From Leucoraja ocellata (taxonomy: Eukaryota): 64,000 nucleotides of DNA. How positions within the stretch are numbered: the first letter of the stretch is position 1; each line of letters opens with the position of its first letter. A program made the translations under genes and the position numbers. The notes under the pieces were generated by a model that saw nothing but the letters and a program-made list of their open reading frames with translations, made no database searches and was not told the origin of the DNA. Location of the stretch: NCBI GenBank assembly GCA_036785375.1, contig JAWMAR010000647.1:62001-126000 (forward strand), written 5' to 3'. This document shows, one piece after another, positions 1 through 11,800 of this stretch.

Positions 1-1473
1 GTGCCCTCCATAATGTCTGGAACAAAGACCCGTTATTTATTTATTTATTTGCCTCTGTGCACCACAATTTGAGATTTGTAATAGAGAAAAAAAAAAAAAA
101 AAAAAAAAAAATCACATGTGGTTAAAGTGTCAGATTTTGTTGAAGGGTATTTTATACATTTGTTTCCCCATGTAGAAATTACAGCATTATACATAGTCCC
201 CCCCCCCCCTCTCCCATATTTCTGGGCACCATATTGTTTGGGGCACATGGCTTCACAGGTGTTTGCAATTGACTGTTTGAAACATCATTAAGAAGAAAGA
301 GAGCACTGGTGGGCTTACTAATCTCAAAGGGACTGGCAGGCCAAGGAAGACTTCCACTGCTGATGACAGAAGAATTCTCTCTATAAAGATAAATCCCCAA
401 ACACCTGTCCGACAGATCAGAAACACTTTTCAGGAGTCAGGTGACCACTGTCTGCAGAAGAGTTCATTAACAGAAATACAGAGGCTACACTGCAAGATGC
501 AAACCACTGGTTAGCCGCAAAAATAGGATGGCCAGGTTAGTTTGCAAAGGAGTACTTAAAAGAGCAACCAGTTCTGGATGAGACGAAGATTAACTTATAG
601 AGTGATGGCAAGAGCAAAGTATGGAGGAGAGAAGGAACTGCCCAAGATCCAAAGAATACCACATCTGTGAAACACGGTGGTGGGGGTGTTATGGCCTGGG
701 CATGTATGGCTGCTGAAGGTACTGGCTCATTTATCTTCATTGATGATAGAACTGCTGATGGTAGTCGCATAATGAATTCTGAAGTGTATAGACACATCCT
801 ATCTGCTCAAGTTCAAACAAATGCCTCAAAACTCATTGGACAGCCAGTGGTTCATTCTGCAGCAAGACAATGATCCCAAACATACTGCTAAAGTAACAAA
901 GGAGCTTTTCGAAATCTAAAAAATGGTTAATTCCTGAATGGCCAAATTAATCATCCGATCTGAACCCAATTGAGCATGCCTTTTATATGCTGAAAAGAAA
1001 ACTGAAGGAAACGAGCCACCAAAACAAGCATAAGCTAAAGATGGCTGCAATACAGGCCCGGCAGAGCATCACCAGAGAAGACACCCAGCAACTGGTGATG
1101 TCCAAGAATCGCATACTTCCAGCAGTCATTGCATGCAAAGGATATGCAACAAAATACTAAGCATGGCTATTTTCATTCACATGATCTTGCTGTGTCCCAA
1201 ACATTATGGTGCCCCGAAATGGGGGGGGGGGGGGGGGGGGGGGGGGCGGGGGGGGGGGGGGGGGGGGCGGGCGGGGGGGTGGGACTACGTATAAAAACTG
1301 CTGTAATTTCTACATGGTGAAACCAAAATATATAAAAATGGCCTTTATTAAAATCTGACAATGAGCACTTTAATTACTTGCAATTTTTTTTCTATTACAA
1401 ATTTCAAATTGTGGAGTACAGAGGCAAATAAATAAATGATGGGTCTTTGTCCCAAACATTATGGAGGGCACTG
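1..1473 (+). mobile_element. Tc1/mariner DNA transposon with long IR/DR-type terminal inverted repeats and a decayed transposase
   Basis: The window start gtgccctccataatgtctggaacaaagacc is the reverse complement of the end gggtctttgtcccaaacattatggagggcactg (1473). TIRs are ~250 bp with an inner ccataatgtttgggaca-like repeat. Frameshifted transposase motifs: KHGGGGVMAWACMAAEGTG, QQDNDPKH, DLNPIEHAF, GYATKY*. Confidence 0.92.
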
Positions 1474-1489
1474 CACCTTAAGTCAATGG

Positions 1490-1780
1490 CTTCCAGTACT
1501 TGATTCCCCTACGCTGGTGGAAAAAAAAAATCATTCAACCTATCTATTCCCCTCATGATTTTATACTCCTCTTTAAGATCAACCCCAGTCCTGCTTTCCA
1601 AGGAATAAAGTCCTTACCTACCCAAATTCTCCCTAATACATTGACCTTGAGCCCTGGCAATATTCTCATAAATCTTTTTTGCATGCTTTCCAACCTACAT
1701 CTTCTATTTTGCATGGTGACCAAAACTGAACACAATATTCCAAGCATAGCCTCACCAACATGTGGTACTACTGTAACATG
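1490..1780 (-). mobile_element. Degenerate CR1 LINE 3' fragment
   Basis: Translation resembles the CR1 ORF2 C-terminus (LESMQKRFMRILPGLK). Confidence 0.65.
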
Positions 1781-3407
1781 AAGTCCCAATTTCGATTCAT
1801 AGAGCATGGAAACGGGCCCTTCAGCCCAACTTGCCCATGCCGACCACGATGCCCCCTCTATATTGGTCCCATCTGCCCTGTTTGGCCATCCCTCCAAATC
1901 TTTCCTATCCATAACTTCCCAACAACCCAGTCCGAAGGTCACTACTTGAAATATCACCTGTAAATTCCCTCCAGCCTGACCCGCTGAGTTACTCCAACAT
2001 TGTGTTTAGCTAAAGATTCCAGCATCTGTAGTTCCTTATGTCCCAACTTCAAAACCAATTCCACAAATGAAAGCCAACATGCCAAAAGTCTGCTTCACCA
2101 TCCAATCTACCTTTGATGCCATTTACATTCATATACTGGTTGTGATATTGCAAAAATAGGAAGGGAAGTTGCATTGTTCCAAACACAAAGGCATGTTTGT
2201 TGTCAGAACAACTTTAGGTTGTGACATGATCATTAACAAGAGCATCCTTTTTGCAAAGATACATTTACGGGAATTGATTGATACATTTATACTGATGAAG
2301 TCAATATCCTGTGGAGTATTCTTCAATAAGACTATTTTAAGGCAACACTTGACCAGTTTAAGAATGGGAACCCAAAAAATAGTCCCGATTGCCAAGATTC
2401 TCACCAGAGTTGCATAAAGTCAGGTATTTGGAAGTGACATCTTTTCCATTGATCAAAGTGCATCTGAGGAAGTATAATCTTAATACCAGCTTTTATATAG
2501 AGACAGTGTACTAAATTAATTACATGAATAAATAATTGAACATCAATTCAATAGGAATGAACATTAAATAGAAATAGTGCATTTTAATTCTTGGGAGCAG
2601 CATTATAACCTTATTCAATATCAAAAATATAAAGACACGTTTGGATCTAACCTGATGAATATGACATTCCCAATCAGGATAGCATAGCCCAATGCGCCCT
2701 ATGAAATGTCTTGATAATTTTTTTGTGCCATTTTAAAAGGCACCATAAATTGTTAATTGTTGTGTCGTAAAGACTGGAGAATTGGGTTTTGTATAATATC
2801 AATTTTGCTTGAGTAGTAATGTAGAATTTGATCAGAAATTATTGTTTCAATGTAGAGTACTGTGCAAATCCAGTTGATTATAAATAATTGTTAGCTGCAA
2901 ATTGCAACCTTATGATATTGGACACTCTGCTGACAATAGATGTTTATCATCTCTTCATTGTGCAACCTGAACTCTGGATTCAAATGTTTTGAACATCTCC
3001 CCTCAGGAAGAGAGATTTCCCATTCCCAAATTAAGAAACAATGCAGAATAGTACAATAATATTGAGCACATTTTTATTTAATAATTAACCATTTCAATGC
3101 AAGTCCCAAAACTTTTCCAAAATCATATTCTTGCAAATAATTGTGACAAAGCAAAGTTGGATTATATTAAATTTCCCAGACGAGTCAGTACTATCTGCAT
3201 ATCGGAATTTTTCTTTGGATTGTAGAATTTTATTCTCAGTAGTATTCCTTCAAATAAATTGGAAAAAAAGATAACAAATGTCAAATACTTTGGAGCAAAA
3301 TCTTTGCTGAGTTTGCTTTAAAAATGCACGCAAATGTGCTGAGACCAATAGAGAGAGAATAACAGGAATAAATAACGTCAGTATACAAGCTGAAGCTTTC
3401 AAGAAGA

Positions 3408-3620
3408 GTCAAGAGTGTTTTATTGTCATATGTCCCGGGTGGGACAATGAGATTCTTACTTGCTGTAGCACAACAGAATATGTGAATATGTAAACATTGT
3501 ATATAACGGGGAAAAAAAGTTCAATAAATAACAAATATAGTGCAACTAACAAATAATAAGTCATTTGCAGTTCAGAACTCATAGCTTATTCGTTGTGTTT
3601 AATAGCTTGATGGCTGTGTT
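3408..3620 (-). mobile_element. Rex1/Babar-type LINE 3' end fragment
   Basis: The tttattgtcat...ttcttacttgctg...gtttaatagcttgatggctgt pattern is typical of this 3' UTR/tail family. Confidence 0.5.
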
Positions 3621-4051
3621 CCTTCTTTAAAATCAGTAAAAGGGGCAGAAAAGGGGAGAATAGCCAGCAATTGTCCTATTTTAGAAATAGAGATGATCAA
3701 TTTATGTTCCACCACAATTAAAAAGTGCAGCTATTTAATTTAGCTCATTATGGAAGTAATTGGCAAGTTCATTGGAACACTTACCTCTTCACTCATGGTT
3801 GAGCGCTAACTTACATATATAAATGCTTGCAAATCCACGTCGTCCCTTTTATTTCCTTCAATTAAAAGGAAGCAGAGTAAAAGCTAATAAAAAACATTTC
3901 AGGTATCTCCAAGTCTGTTTTAATGGTGCTTTAAATGAAGCTAATTATATTTATACAAAGCATGTTGTCACCTATGGAATGAATGACCATATTACGTCAG
4001 CGATTTTGAAATTTACATCAGATCTAACACAAGATAAATGATTTCAGTACG

Positions 4052-4070
4052 TTTATTGCATGTCATAAAA
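4052..4070 (-). promoter_or_regulatory. Candidate brdt poly(A) signal (AATAAA) with an adjacent CPE-like TTTTAT
   Basis: Minus strand reads TTTTATgacatgcAATAAA at the end of a ~1.7 kb TE-free, AT-rich stretch after the stop codon. A second AATAAA lies at 4862-4867. Confidence 0.45.
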
Positions 4071-5751
4071 TATAGAAAGTGTAAACATTGAATGAAAAAA
4101 ACAAAATCCTGTACACCAAGTTGTACTCTCATACGACACATTTTCGAAAAATTGAAGCTTTCAAAATTTACCACTGTTACATACATATCTGTACAAGATA
4201 AGTTTGCCGAATGGCTATATTGGTTCCATTACTATCTCCAAGTAACTTCTTAATTCTACAAATTCTCCCAAAATAAAGTCAGAAAACAGGAAAACTAGAG
4301 GTTTCAATGAAAACTTCTTATTTAGCAAAGTTTAGATCACTGATTTTAACCAGTCCTAAAGACTTATAATCTACCGAATACAAAAAACTTACAGGCAAGT
4401 GACCCTAGCATAGGCTGAAAGAAATAAATAAAAGATCAAACAGCAGAGTTCAAACTGGAGAAAACAATACATGCAAAATGCTCTAATAATTTATAGCAAT
4501 GATACATTAATATCATAATAATCAAAGACCAATTGCGATTCTATTATGATGGTGATTAAACTACATATATTGTAGATCAGGTGTGAATTAGGAAACAACA
4601 CAATTTACCATCTATTAGAAACTCAGTCTGTTATAAAAGATGGTTAATATTTATGGCAGTCTAAAAATGAAAACAAATGCACTGTTTTGTAGTCATTTTG
4701 TTCAATTAGACAGATGATGCAAGTGTACCAATCATATATTCAAACATACCATGATCATTTAAATAATTTCTATCGCACACCGCTGCCCGAATCATTCACC
4801 GTGAATTACTGCTGTACATGAACATCAGTTCTTCAATTTTCCGACAGATAATTGCAAACTATTTATTATCCCTAGCATTACATCAACTATAAACAGCAAC
4901 TATTCAAGAAGGTTGAACTGCAATGTGGCACAATTCAGGTGAAGTTACACCATTGGCAGGGAGGTATGAAATCACATTCAAATGACATGTCACAACTTCT
5001 ACGTACATGCTTAACTGTTCTTTCATGCCATACCTAGGCACTCTAGCACCAAAAATCACAATTTACAAATATATTGAACACAGAAAATCACAAAAGTGCT
5101 AATGGTGAACTCCAGTTAATCATTTGCAAGTCATAAGAATTTAGTTTACAGTTTTACTCAATGTTAATTGTTTGGCTGGCAAGAAGGGAGAAATGCAAGA
5201 AATGCTGAAAATACAAAGCCAGTCACCCAGGACTTGAAGAGAAATGATAATTCTACAACTCCGTATGCCAAGTAAAGATTTTACATATAACTTAATTATC
5301 TTAAAGGATTCAGTTTTGATGTGCATTTTCAAAAATTTCAATGTTACTTACATATAAATTTGTGTTCTACATTTACAAGGAATACTACATTGCTCAACAT
5401 TCCTTTCCTGGGTGAGAAGGCTGACATCTTAAATGGTTTATACATCATACGGGGAAAAAAAAAAATCAGTTTTAGATGTAGGTGCGATGAACTTTTCTGC
5501 TCAACGTCTAAATGAAAGACATTGCATTTCACAAAATATATTGATGTGCACAATAGTTTTTTCCACTTCTAATGGCGATACTTCCAGCCTCCAATATTGT
5601 GTCAAGCAAGACTGTAGTTAACCATCTCAGTTTTCTGTAATGACTCCATGATAAATGTTGCAATGAGTCACTTTGAGCAACAATAGTGGGAGACAGTGGT
5701 ATTGGAAATATTAAACATCTGGCTGTATTCATTACATACAGAGGTTGACAT

Positions 5752-5891
5752 CTAACCTGGTTCAGAATCACTGTTAAGTGAAGAACTAGAGTCACTGGTG
5801 CTGCTGTCACTTTCAGAGTCTGAGGAACTGCTGGTCTCACTTAATCGGGAAATTTCACCCATTTCTTCTGCTGCATTATTCTTCCGAGCTG
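5752..5891 (-). CDS. brdt: brdt last coding exon (SEED region, stop TAG)
   Basis: Acceptor ttttcag|cag; encodes [45 protein letters not shown]. Confidence 0.88.
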
Positions 5892-8800
5892 CTGAAAATA
5901 AATAATGCATACTGAATCCACAGAAAAGGATGAACAGCACACCGTTACAGCACAAGCACATTAAGTACATACATGTTTTTGTTTCTTTCTTTCCAGAATT
6001 CAGATGTCCACTCACATCCTGTAATCTTTTCTCCAGCTCTTGTTTTTTCTCCGATTGAATTTCTTCTTTAGATCTTCCTGGAGCTTTCTTAGCTACACAA
6101 TGTGACACCATCAAAATAGGAAAATAAACTATCTACCTCACTAAATAGGTACAATACATGCAAGAGAATGAATGGCATACTCACAATCAAGTTTTTTTTG
6201 TTTCTTTCTTAGACATGCCATAACATATCTTTCCAGCTCTCTTAACGTAGAGGGTTTTAAAGTTTCAAAGTCAATTTCTATCTCGACTGGATTAGAGTCT
6301 CTCAAGGATGGCTCCTTTGATTGTATTATGTGGACGACACGCCCCAGTTTGTCACTAGGAAGCTTATTTATGTCAAGACTTAATTGCCTCTTTTCATCAT
6401 AAGTCATTGGCTTAACATTATCCTCTTCTGAATCGTAAACAGAAGCTCGTTGCTTCTTTTTCTTTAACTGCCTGTATAATAAAGTACACGCATCAGCATT
6501 ATAGTATTTAAATATTCCTGATCAATGGCAATCGTGCAAGAAATATTTAGTGCCACAGTTAGTACTACTTGATTGTAAACGAGATGTTAAAATTTGATAG
6601 ACACACAACCTCAAAAGGATGCCTCATATATTAAGATTAATTAAATGTCTTTTGGCCATCACTAAAAGCACCACATATACTCCGCAAGTGCTCAACATGA
6701 TGAATGTTACATTCTGTAATTGAAAGAAATGTAATTCACAACAAAATTGCTTTTAGATGTTTGGAGAAAAAATATCAACTCCTAGGACTGTAAAATTAGA
6801 GCAATACAGATCAGATCTTTGCCCATTTTTAAAATCTGCTTAGTTACTGGACCAGCAATACCAATTTCACATCTGGGACAATGTATCTCCTGTCCAAAGG
6901 CTTATCCTTTTGACCAAGAACAAAAAAACAAATAGTCGCAACTCGTGGTTAATTTGGGTCAAAGGGCCCATTTCCACGCTTTGTGACTCAACATGGAATT
7001 CTACAAATTCAGGTAAATAGCTTTCTCAGTATCAGAATTGGCAATGTCAGCTGCAAATGATCAATCAGTGATATTAGCCCAGATTAAGCCTCAGACTGAC
7101 CTCCTAGAAGTGTACTACAGCCTTGCATTTGTACTCTTTCACATTTTTTTGTCTGTATTCTCTCTTCATTGCATTTTGTTCACTCTTCTCTAACTACCCC
7201 CATTATCCATCAACTGAATGACCACCACCACAACCTACACGATGGCAACCCACATTTCACATTATGAGATTATTCCCTCATCCCACTCTCTGGGCAATAT
7301 ATTTAAAAAATCACTTGTTTGCTGCAATACCTTCTAAGTATTTCCATCATTCTCTGTTCAACTTCACATTTGCAGCATCAGCATACTTAGATTTCCAACA
7401 AATGGTCAAATTTCATCAAGTTTAAAGGCAAGCATTGCTATTGTATTTAGAAATACATGCTTTCCTAACATAGAAATATAGAAAATAGGTGCAGGAGTAG
7501 GCCATTCGGCCCTTCGAGCCTGCACCGCCATTCAATATGAACATGGCTGATCATCCAACTCAGTATCCTGTTCCTGCCTTCTCTCCATACCCCCTGATCC
7601 CTTTAGCCACAAGGGCCACATCTAACTCCCTCTTAAATATAGCCAATGAACTGGCCTCAACTACCTTCTGCAGCAGAGAATTCCAGAGATTCACCACTCT
7701 GTGTGAAAAAAGTTTTCCTCATCTCGGTCCTAAAAGATTTCCCCCTTATCCTTAAACTATGACCCCTTGTTCTGGACTTCCCCAACATCGGGAACAATCT
7801 TCCTGCATCTAGCCTGTCCAACCCCTTAAGAATTTTGTAAGTTTCTATAAGATCCCCCCTCAATCTTCTAAATTCTAGCGAGTACAAACCGAGTCTATCC
7901 AGTCTTTCTTCATATGAAAGTCCTGACATCCCAGGAATCAGTCTGGTGAACCTTCTCTGTACTCCCTCTATGGCAAGAATGTCTTTCCTCAGATTAGGAG
8001 ACCAAAACTGTACGCAATACTCCAGGTGTGGTCTCACCAAGACCCTGTACAACTGCAGTAGAACCTCCCTGCTCCTATACTCAAATCCTTTTGCTATGAA
8101 TGCTAACATACCATTCGCCTTCTTCACTGCCTGCTGCACCTGCATGCCTACTTTTAATGACTGGTGTACCATGACACCCAGGTCTCGTTGCATCACCCCC
8201 TTTCCTAATCGGCCACCATTCCGATAATAATCTATTTTCCTGTTTTTGCCACCAAAGTGGATAACCTCACATTTATAACCTCCTTCCTTGATGACTGCCT
8301 CACTCTGTATTAACTGTGGTGCTTTTAAATGAATCAGTACCTGCAAAGAAACACAAGGTGGAAACAATGCATCAAAATCCAACTGTACCTGCTTTCCAAA
8401 GAGCCTTTCTTGATTATTTTTTGCCGCAACTGCTTCGATTGTACTTTCTTCTGTTCAATATTCTTTGTTTTCTTTTTATCTTTTTTCTTTTTTCCTTTTT
8501 TGACTCTGTTTTTCTTCAATTTAGAGAGTGGGGTCCGTGTTAATGTCGCAAGCTGCTCGTGTACTGCTTTCAGCTGGCAGAAATAATAGAATAAATCTTA
8601 TATTGATAGAAATAGCAAAACTGACTCCTCATATGGTAGTTTCACACAGATATGCAAATCAAAATTGTAAATTTATAACTTGTCATCTTGCTTTAGTCTT
8701 TGCACATGACTAATGTAGTTTACCCCCGCACAAGTACCTTAACAAATCCTCTCTGCACCCTCTGAAGTTTTGGCCTGCCAAAGATATTCCAGTGGGGTGT

Positions 8801-11800
8801 CCATAAGTCTTCCAGTCTTCTGATACCTCCCCATATATAAAGCAACTTTATAAGACAGGAATAGGAATATTTCCATGCTCACTTCAGCACCGTGGTGGGA
8901 GATTGCAACCTTCACGTGGTCCACCCTGTTTCAACTAATGCAATCAACCCGACGTGCGCAAACAAATAGAGCAAGTTGACATACAATTTTAGGCTGTGCA
9001 CGCTATAAGCAAGAAGACTTCAGCACCCAGGATAATTCCCACCTAGATTTAGTAACATCTCTCCTTTGAATAGACAGTACTTCTGATTTATCTCCAAATA
9101 ATGCATCAGCATTTTTAATGAATGCCTCCACCCATCACCTCTTCTTTCTTACCTTATTTCAATGCATTGTAAACAGAAATGGAACACATCTATTTTTATT
9201 TTGTTTGAACCAGGCTTTCATGATTACACTAAACAAATCTATGTGGGGTTTATATCTGCAGCTAATTAATCCCAGTTACCACGCGTGCTTTCAAGTGTAC
9301 ACTAAACCTCAAAATCCCCACCACTCTGTCAAATTCCTTACTTTTCCAACTTCTCAGTTCCAACACTGAACACATTCTAGTCTTATTTTTAAGAAAGAAC
9401 TGCAGATGCTGGAAAATTCGAAGGTAGACAATAATGCTGGAGAAACTCAGCGGTAGAGGCAGCATCTATGGAGCAAAGGAATAGGCGACGTTTCGGGTCA
9501 AGACCATTCTTCAGACTGATGTGGGGGGGGGGGGGCGAGAAAAAGAAAGGAAGAGGCAGAGACAGTAGGCTGTGATAGAGCTGGGAAGGGGGGGGGGGGG
9601 GGGGGGGGGGTAGGAGGGAGAAAGCAAGGACTACCTGAAATTGGAGGTCAATTTTCATACCACTGGGGTGTAAACTACCCAAGTGAATTTGAGGTGCTGC
9701 ACCTCCAATTTGCGGTGGGACTCACTCTGGCCATGGAGGAGGCCCAGGACAGAAAGGTCGGAATCAGAATGGGAGGGGGAGTTGAAGTGCTGAGCCACTG
9801 GGAGATCAGGTTGGTTCTTGTGAACTGAGCGGAGGTGTTGGGCAAAGCGATCGCCAAGCCTGCGCTTGGTCTCACCGATGTAGAGCAGTTGACTGGGGAT
9901 GTGAGAAAAGTTGTTTCCTTGTCTCCGTTCTAAATGGCTTGCCCCTTATTCTTAAGACATTCTATGCTTGCATCCCCGCACTCCAATCTTTTGCCCTGCC
10001 AAATTAAGTTTAGATTGAGTTTAGCAAAATAGCCGAAATAGATTCCTCCCCCTCGTCTCTTTATCATCACCCTACTCTAATTTACTTTATGGTAATAAAT
10101 TAATGGCGTTATGTTAAAATTCCTTGATAACCACTCTCAAAATCTTAACCCAGCATTTGTTTCATCAGGAGGTAGAACGCTATTAATCAAATCCTACAAT
10201 AATACCAAAGAGATAAATCTTTTTAAAATAGGAAATACACTATTTAAATAACAAGATTAATAGCATTGGCACATAATATTTATTGGATCAAAAGCGTGGA
10301 GATCGAAAGCAGACAGTTTTGATAACTCATTGCAAAAAATACGAGCAAATATGAGCAATACTGGACAAAGAGAAAGAGAAAAAATTATCTTCCAGATGAT
10401 TAACCTGCATCTTTTGCTAGGCTGCCTGTAAAGGATATATGACGTAGTCCTTAGTCCTTCACCAAGTCTTTATTAAGACACTACATCCACACGTCCCAGC
10501 ACTGACCACAACTGGTCTACACACGTACTGGAACCTACAGGGGGAGGGTGCACGCAGATACTACAGTTATGCTACATAAGGTGGGAGTGTCAATATGGTA
10601 ATGAGGTAACTACATATTTGGTTGCATGCATAACCATCTACATCCTTTCCCGTAGAATAAACAGCAGCAGGGTAATTATACAAACCTGCAACATAGTAAC
10701 AGTATCAATTATCAAACAGCACAATATTAAGCAAAATTGCCATACCGATCAGGGGGCCGGACAACTCTACCTGAGCGGGTCCGTACAGCACCCTCACCCT
10801 CACTCCCCTCCCCCAAAGAGAAAGGCAGAGGCGGAGAACAATGTGGGGACGGCGGAACATACAGAAAAACAGGGGACTGGCCAGAAACCAGTGGACTGCG
10901 AGGTGGCGACTCCCGAGGCGGATAAGAAGAAGAAGAAGAAGAAGAAGGAGAACCAGTAGGCGAAAGACGTGGAGGAGACGCACCGGCCGGGAGCTGAAAC
11001 CAGGAGGCACCGTGAGAGGCACAGTAGGGGCATGAACAACAGGATTAGGCGGCACAATCCGAGGAGGAGAGTCTATCCACGGAGAGGGAGGCTCCGGGAA
11101 TGGAAGCGGGGGCACAGGCTCCCGGACAGCTAACAGATGTTGGCGACTGCGACGGTACACAGTGCCCTCGTAGTCTACTAAATAGGAACGGGGCGAGTCC
11201 GCCACCCCTACTACAGTGGCAAGCTTGGAAAACCCGGTAGGTGTCTGCATACGGACAACCTGACCCGTTGTGAGGGGAGGTAGGGGGCGGCAAGACTTGT
11301 CGTGGGACCGGCGCTGGATTTCGTGGCGTTGAGAAATACGGCGGTGGACTGCGGAAGGGTGGCGTACCGCCGGGACCAGCGACTGCTGAGCGATTGGCAT
11401 TGGCGGCCGGAGGACACGGGACATGAGCCGCTAAGCAGGTGAACCCAAAACACCATCTCTAGACACATTGCGCAGATTTAACAGTCCCTGATAAAAATCG
11501 CAGTTTGACAAGCGAGACTGCTCCAGCAACGTCTTCGCGCTGCGCACAGCACGTTCAGCCAGGCCGTTACTCCGAGGGAATTCAGGACTGCTAGTAAAGT
11601 GAGTAAAGTTCCATTTGGTAGCGAAGACAGCAAATTCGGCGCTTGTAAATTGACGGCCGTTGTCAGTCACCGCAGACGGCACCGCAGCTGCTTTGAAGGG
11701 ACAAAATTCACATTAAGAACGTGCAGGTCTTCCTGCTCGTATGGACAGAGCATCGACAGAGCATCGGCAACATGCATTTCGGTACCCCTCCTGTACACAA

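Noticed and set aside
1129-1361. Gly-rich and Pro-rich ORFs over a ~60-nt G run
   Set aside because: Homopolymer expansion inside the Tc1 right TIR (the left TIR has a short C run); not coding and possibly inflated by sequencing error.
7657-8382. 241-aa ORF starting just after a brdt exon, suggesting a brdt-CR1 fusion
   Set aside because: The exon's own frame stops at 8334 if unspliced; the ORF is a CR1 fragment with chance upstream extension.
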